A stretch of 64,000 nt of DNA from the human T2T-CHM13v2.0 reference genome, Homo sapiens, in assembly GCF_009914755.1 (NCBI RefSeq), contig NC_060927.1. One strand, written 5' to 3'. Under the pieces are notes generated by a model. It was given only the letters and a program-made list of their open reading frames with translations, did no database searches and had not been told where the DNA came from. Of the stretch, positions 59,501 through 64,000 are shown piece after piece (the stretch's first letter is position 1; each line of letters starts with the position of its first letter). The position numbers and the translations under genes are program-made.

Positions 59501-61189
59501 ACTATATCTCACTGTTAGTTATTCAATATAGACATAGTAGATGCAAATCCCACTCCATAAATCACAGGGGTAAAAAAAGTAATATAATTATTTTTATTTT
59601 TTTCTATGTCTAAACAATTTCAGTTGTGACCCCAGTTGAGAGGCAGAAACTTAATCTTGGCACATTTCCTCTCAGGTCTTTCTGCTTTTTTAGCTTCCGT
59701 CAGTGGGTGGGGTAAGTCATGGTAGGGGGAAGTCCACTCTCCTCTAGAATTTATCAAACCTTCCTAGGGGGTTCAAATACAATCCCACTATCTAGATTCA
59801 TTCAGCCCCCTACCCAGCTCTCCTTCCTCTTCTAGTCTATAAAATCTTTTTTCTTGACTTTTGTTTTTTCAAACTCAGTCTTATAGCCAGATTCAGGCTT
59901 TGTAATTTCTGAAATTCAAAAAAAAAAAAAACAGACATTTGCCTCTTTTTTACATCCTGCTGAAGTATCCTTCCCCTCCCCTTATAACCAGAAAAAGCAA
60001 AGCCGTCAGAAGGTTGCAGAAAATAACAGGGACACAAAGCACATTGGTTAATGTATCATGATATCTCCATGTTATGTAAGGAAGGCCCTTCAACAATTAA
60101 TGTTGCTGAAAATGAAATGAACTATATGAGATCATGAACCTCCCAGTCAATACAAAATGTATCTAAGAAAAGAACTGCTGGTCATGTAGCCAGAACATTA
60201 AAGAGGTTTAAAAGATACATATGAATTGGGAGTAGGGTATAGTGATTGGATCTGGGATGTTTTACCTTAATGGATAGAAAAAAATAGAAAGAAGGGAAGG
60301 AGGAAGACAGACAAACCCATAATTTCAAGGGAGCCAGAACAGAATGGCTGATTTTCCATGTAAATTCAAATGAAAGAGGGTAGGAAGAGACAGGTTACCA
60401 TAAATCTCAATATTGACAAGAAGATAATTAAGGAAAAATATGTATAGAAAGTAAAGGAATAAATCAAGAACATCCAAGAATATGATTTCCTAAGATCTCC
60501 TGAAATAAAATGAAGTGTACCCTCCACGCTGAGACAAGAGGAGGGAAAGGTAAGGGAGCAAGGTGAAGGTGTAGAAGATTATCCCAAAAATGCAGTGCTG
60601 CAAAAACTGACTGAAAGCTGCCACTCAGTGACACCTTGATTCTGATCTAAAACCACAGAGCCCTTCCAGGAAAGAAAAGGCAGGATGAGTCATGTGAGAA
60701 GATAAGAAGCCATTGCCACCAAGGCATTTACATTTATCCCTTCCACAGCCTAAGGAATACATCCGGACTTTTTCTAATAATTTTCTCTAAACTTCTGTCT
60801 GAGATCTAATAATGAAATAATAATAATAATAAATTACTTTAAAGCACTCCCAGAGGCATCAGAATATATGCTGAGCCACATTAAAATGCAGCTTGGAGTT
60901 ATGTAAAGTATCACATTAAAATTTAAAACCCTTCAAAATTCAATCTTGTTTAATTTCAAAGCTATATCTCAAATCAAAAGGCACTATGGGAATTGAAAGA
61001 GAAAAGGGAGATAACAATATTCTATCTCCATTAATGAGAGAACTGAGGTAGGAGGGAAGGGGGGAATCTACTGGATATTTTTAACGACAGCTTCATTTGT
61101 GACATATTCTAAATTTCTGTCTCTGTCACAATGCAAAGACAAGGGGATCATTCTACTTGTTGTTTCTAACGTCACTGTCATCAGTGAAG

Positions 61190-62150
61190 ACTAATGTTCA
61201 AAAGCTGTGTTTCTGGCCTTGACCTCTGTGAAGCCCCAGACCTACCTATCAAACTGGCTGCCGGTCTTCCCTCCCCTTGGATAACATCCCACAAGCAGAA
61301 CAAATTCAATTTGTCTGAAACTGAATTGATCATCTTTTTCCCCAAATCTGATCTTTATTTGCCATTCCAATTACATATACCCAACAAAAGAACCTAAGAG
61401 TCACCCTTGACACTTTTTCATCCTTTACAATGAAACTATCACTCATTTTACCTCCTAAATTGGTCTCCTCAATTAGTCTCCTCCTCTTTATCCCTCTGCC
61501 ATTTGCTCTTTCAGTTTAGCCCCTTATCATCTCTCCTCTGAACCCCTGGCACCAGCTTCTTGATATGTCTATTCCTCCTTCTCCCTTGTCTTCCTGAGCA
61601 CCAGCACCAGAGTGATTCTTAAAAAATGCAAATTTGATCTTGTCACAACCTCAGTATAGAGCCTTGAAATGAATGGCCCCCATTCTTTATAGGATATAAG
61701 TCAAGTTTCTCAGCACGACAAAAAGGACTTCCATGGGCTGGCCATTAACAGCTTCCCCTCCTGCCACTTGCCATGTCACAAACTGCAATTAAGCAAGCCT
61801 GAACAATTTGCAGTTACACTTGTTAGGCAACTTCATACTTTATCTTCCCTCATGTACTTCCCTCTTCCTGGAATGTGCGCCCTCTCTTCAAGGAGCCACA
61901 GTTCAAAAATCCATTGCTTTACCTCCCTGACTTTGTGCCACCCCTCACTCCTCTCCCGCTGAATGAGAGCAAGTGCCCTCTACCTTACGTGCAGAGGAAC
62001 CAGTCATGCCTCTAAAGCACCCATCGCACCCCATTTAAATGTCTATTCACTCATCTGTTTTCCTCATTAGACTGTAAATTTCTAAAAGAAGCTGCCTTCT
62101 CCACTCACAGTGCCTGGTATGCAATAAATGTTCATTGAACTGAACTGAAT
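61190..62150 (+). mobile_element. L2 3' region
   Basis: Pyrimidine-rich text with CAAATTCAATTTGTCTGAAACTGAA. Ends CAGTGCCTGG...CAATAAATGTT..TGAACTGAA (L2 tail). Confidence 0.7.
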
Positions 62151-64000
62151 TTTATTCATTAAGTGCCTCAATTTCTGCTTTATACTATCTGTAACATTTT
62201 CTGTTAGTTTCTAATATAGGCACAAGTGGGGAATTTATAGTAAATAATAATTTGTATGCTCAATTTAACAGGAAAATGGAAAGGAGCTTTTACTAAAGTG
62301 TTCTCCAGGTCAGCAGTGCATGGTGCCAAGTACATACTTTCACCATGTTATTTAATATGTAATATAGCCATGCATGTTAAGCAGTGGCTATAGTCTGTTT
62401 TCACAGAGAAGGAAACTACAGCTTAGAGGGGATAGTAAACCCTTCCAGGATTTTCTAGCTGGAAAGGATGGGTTCATATTGAAATATAGGTTTTACATGT
62501 ATACACTAGTGCTTCTCAGGTAAGAAAGAGAAGAACACAGAAATTGAGCAAAAAGAAAAGGCAATACAAAGAATAAATAAAAGAAAATTTTCTAAGTTCT
62601 CCTCCAGTCTCACAACTTCCTCTTTTCTCCACATCCCTCAGCAGAATATGTGACTCTGGGTAATGAGGTCACTCTAAGACCATGGCTGTTGCTTAGAACA
62701 CAGCGGTAAAGGAGAGTTATGGTTAGCAGTTCCATAAGGTTAGGCACTAATTAGATTCATTTATCTAGACATCTGTCCACTAAACCCTTGCAACCTATCT
62801 CACAAACACATGGACCAGGAAAACGTGTGGAAGCTCAGGTTAAATCCATCACCATCCTTACAAATACAACTGGAAGTACTAACCTTCCTAATGGTGCTTC
62901 CACATTTTGGTATTTGAAAGATACTATAAAGAGGTACAAGGCTCAGCTCTGCGAATGGAATGCAAAATAGAATGCCTAACTAGAAAAGTGAGGCCAGATA
63001 AGTGTGAGGGTTATTTCTTGTGTTCATCCCAGAGGATGAGAACACCTCTCCTCCAGGAAATGAGTGAGGACAAACTGCCTCTCACACGACACCCACATAT
63101 ATTCTAGGTTTAGGGACACTGGGAACAAATGGTGGACATTGAGAACTATGAGGTGGTATGAATCAGGGCTTCAAGCTCAGGAGTAAGGACTAAACCAAGT
63201 CCAAAGCCTGACACTTCTAGAAGTCCTGCCTAGTAGTGTGGAGCCATAAAAACAAGCCTGGCCTAGTCAGTGGAGGTAATCTAGTACCAATAAAAATTGC
63301 TTCTGCTGCTAAACAATGTTTGGAGCTCATCACTCAGAGAGTTAAAAGGGCTACGATTCAGGGACACCAGGCAAAGAGCCCAACATCAGCAGCCTTGAAA
63401 AAGACAAGGAAGAAAAAATGTAGCAGCAATTCACTAGGCATGTGACTTGAGATTTGGCAGGCTGCCTTGGCAGGGCTGGACAGTCTGTGGGCAGAAAATT
63501 CACATATTTTTTTCCTGCAGCCAGAAGCCAAGAAGGCACAGACAGACGAATACCAACTCAGATCCTTCAACAAGCTAATAATCAATAAGACCTTCCTAAG
63601 GAGAACAATGAATGAATAACCACAACTTTCATCTGTTTTACACATGCATATGACTGATCACCATTACTCCAACTGGGCTTTATTACTTTTACAACCTTAA
63701 ACAGTTCTGTAATATATTAATTGGATATCAATATGCAACCAATCCAAGTTTTCTCACCTGATAGGCAGACTGCTAAACAAAGGTCTGAAGCAAAAGCAAG
63801 GGACAGAGTTCAGCTCAAGTCAACCAACGTTAATAGGGCATGAATTAAGACACTGGGCCAAGAGCAGCTAATACAAAGATGAATAAGGTATCTTTGAGGA
63901 AAGTACAGTATACTGTAGGAGGAAAAAAAGCAAAGAGAATGTCAATATAATATCCTAATTGCTGGCACAGTATGTACATGATAGTGTATGAAGATCACTA

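Overview
Primate (most likely human) genomic DNA, AT-rich, lying inside the IGSF11 (BT-IgSF/VSIG3/CXADRL1) gene on the minus strand. Three coding exons (exons 2-4: Ig-V domain and first half of the Ig-C2 domain) sit at 1844-6018 with canonical GT-AG sites. The remaining ~58 kb is the long upstream intron, dominated by Alu, L1, L2, MIR, hAT/TcMar DNA transposon and LTR fossils, and it probably hosts the antisense lncRNA IGSF11-AS1. I found no new protein-coding gene, CRISPR array or new biological system. Most ORF-track entries are repeat or microsatellite artefacts. The most unusual structure is a Tigger1/L1PB1 nest (27.7-32.7 kb) containing two multi-step templated insertions stitched together from nearby sequence in both orientations, with microhomology junctions. 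Other items: exons 2-4 total 528 nt with phase 1 at both ends (a back-spliced circle would have a stop-free ORF), several near-perfect hairpins or palindromes, and a candidate poison exon. Repeat family names come from my recall of consensus sequences, not from a search.
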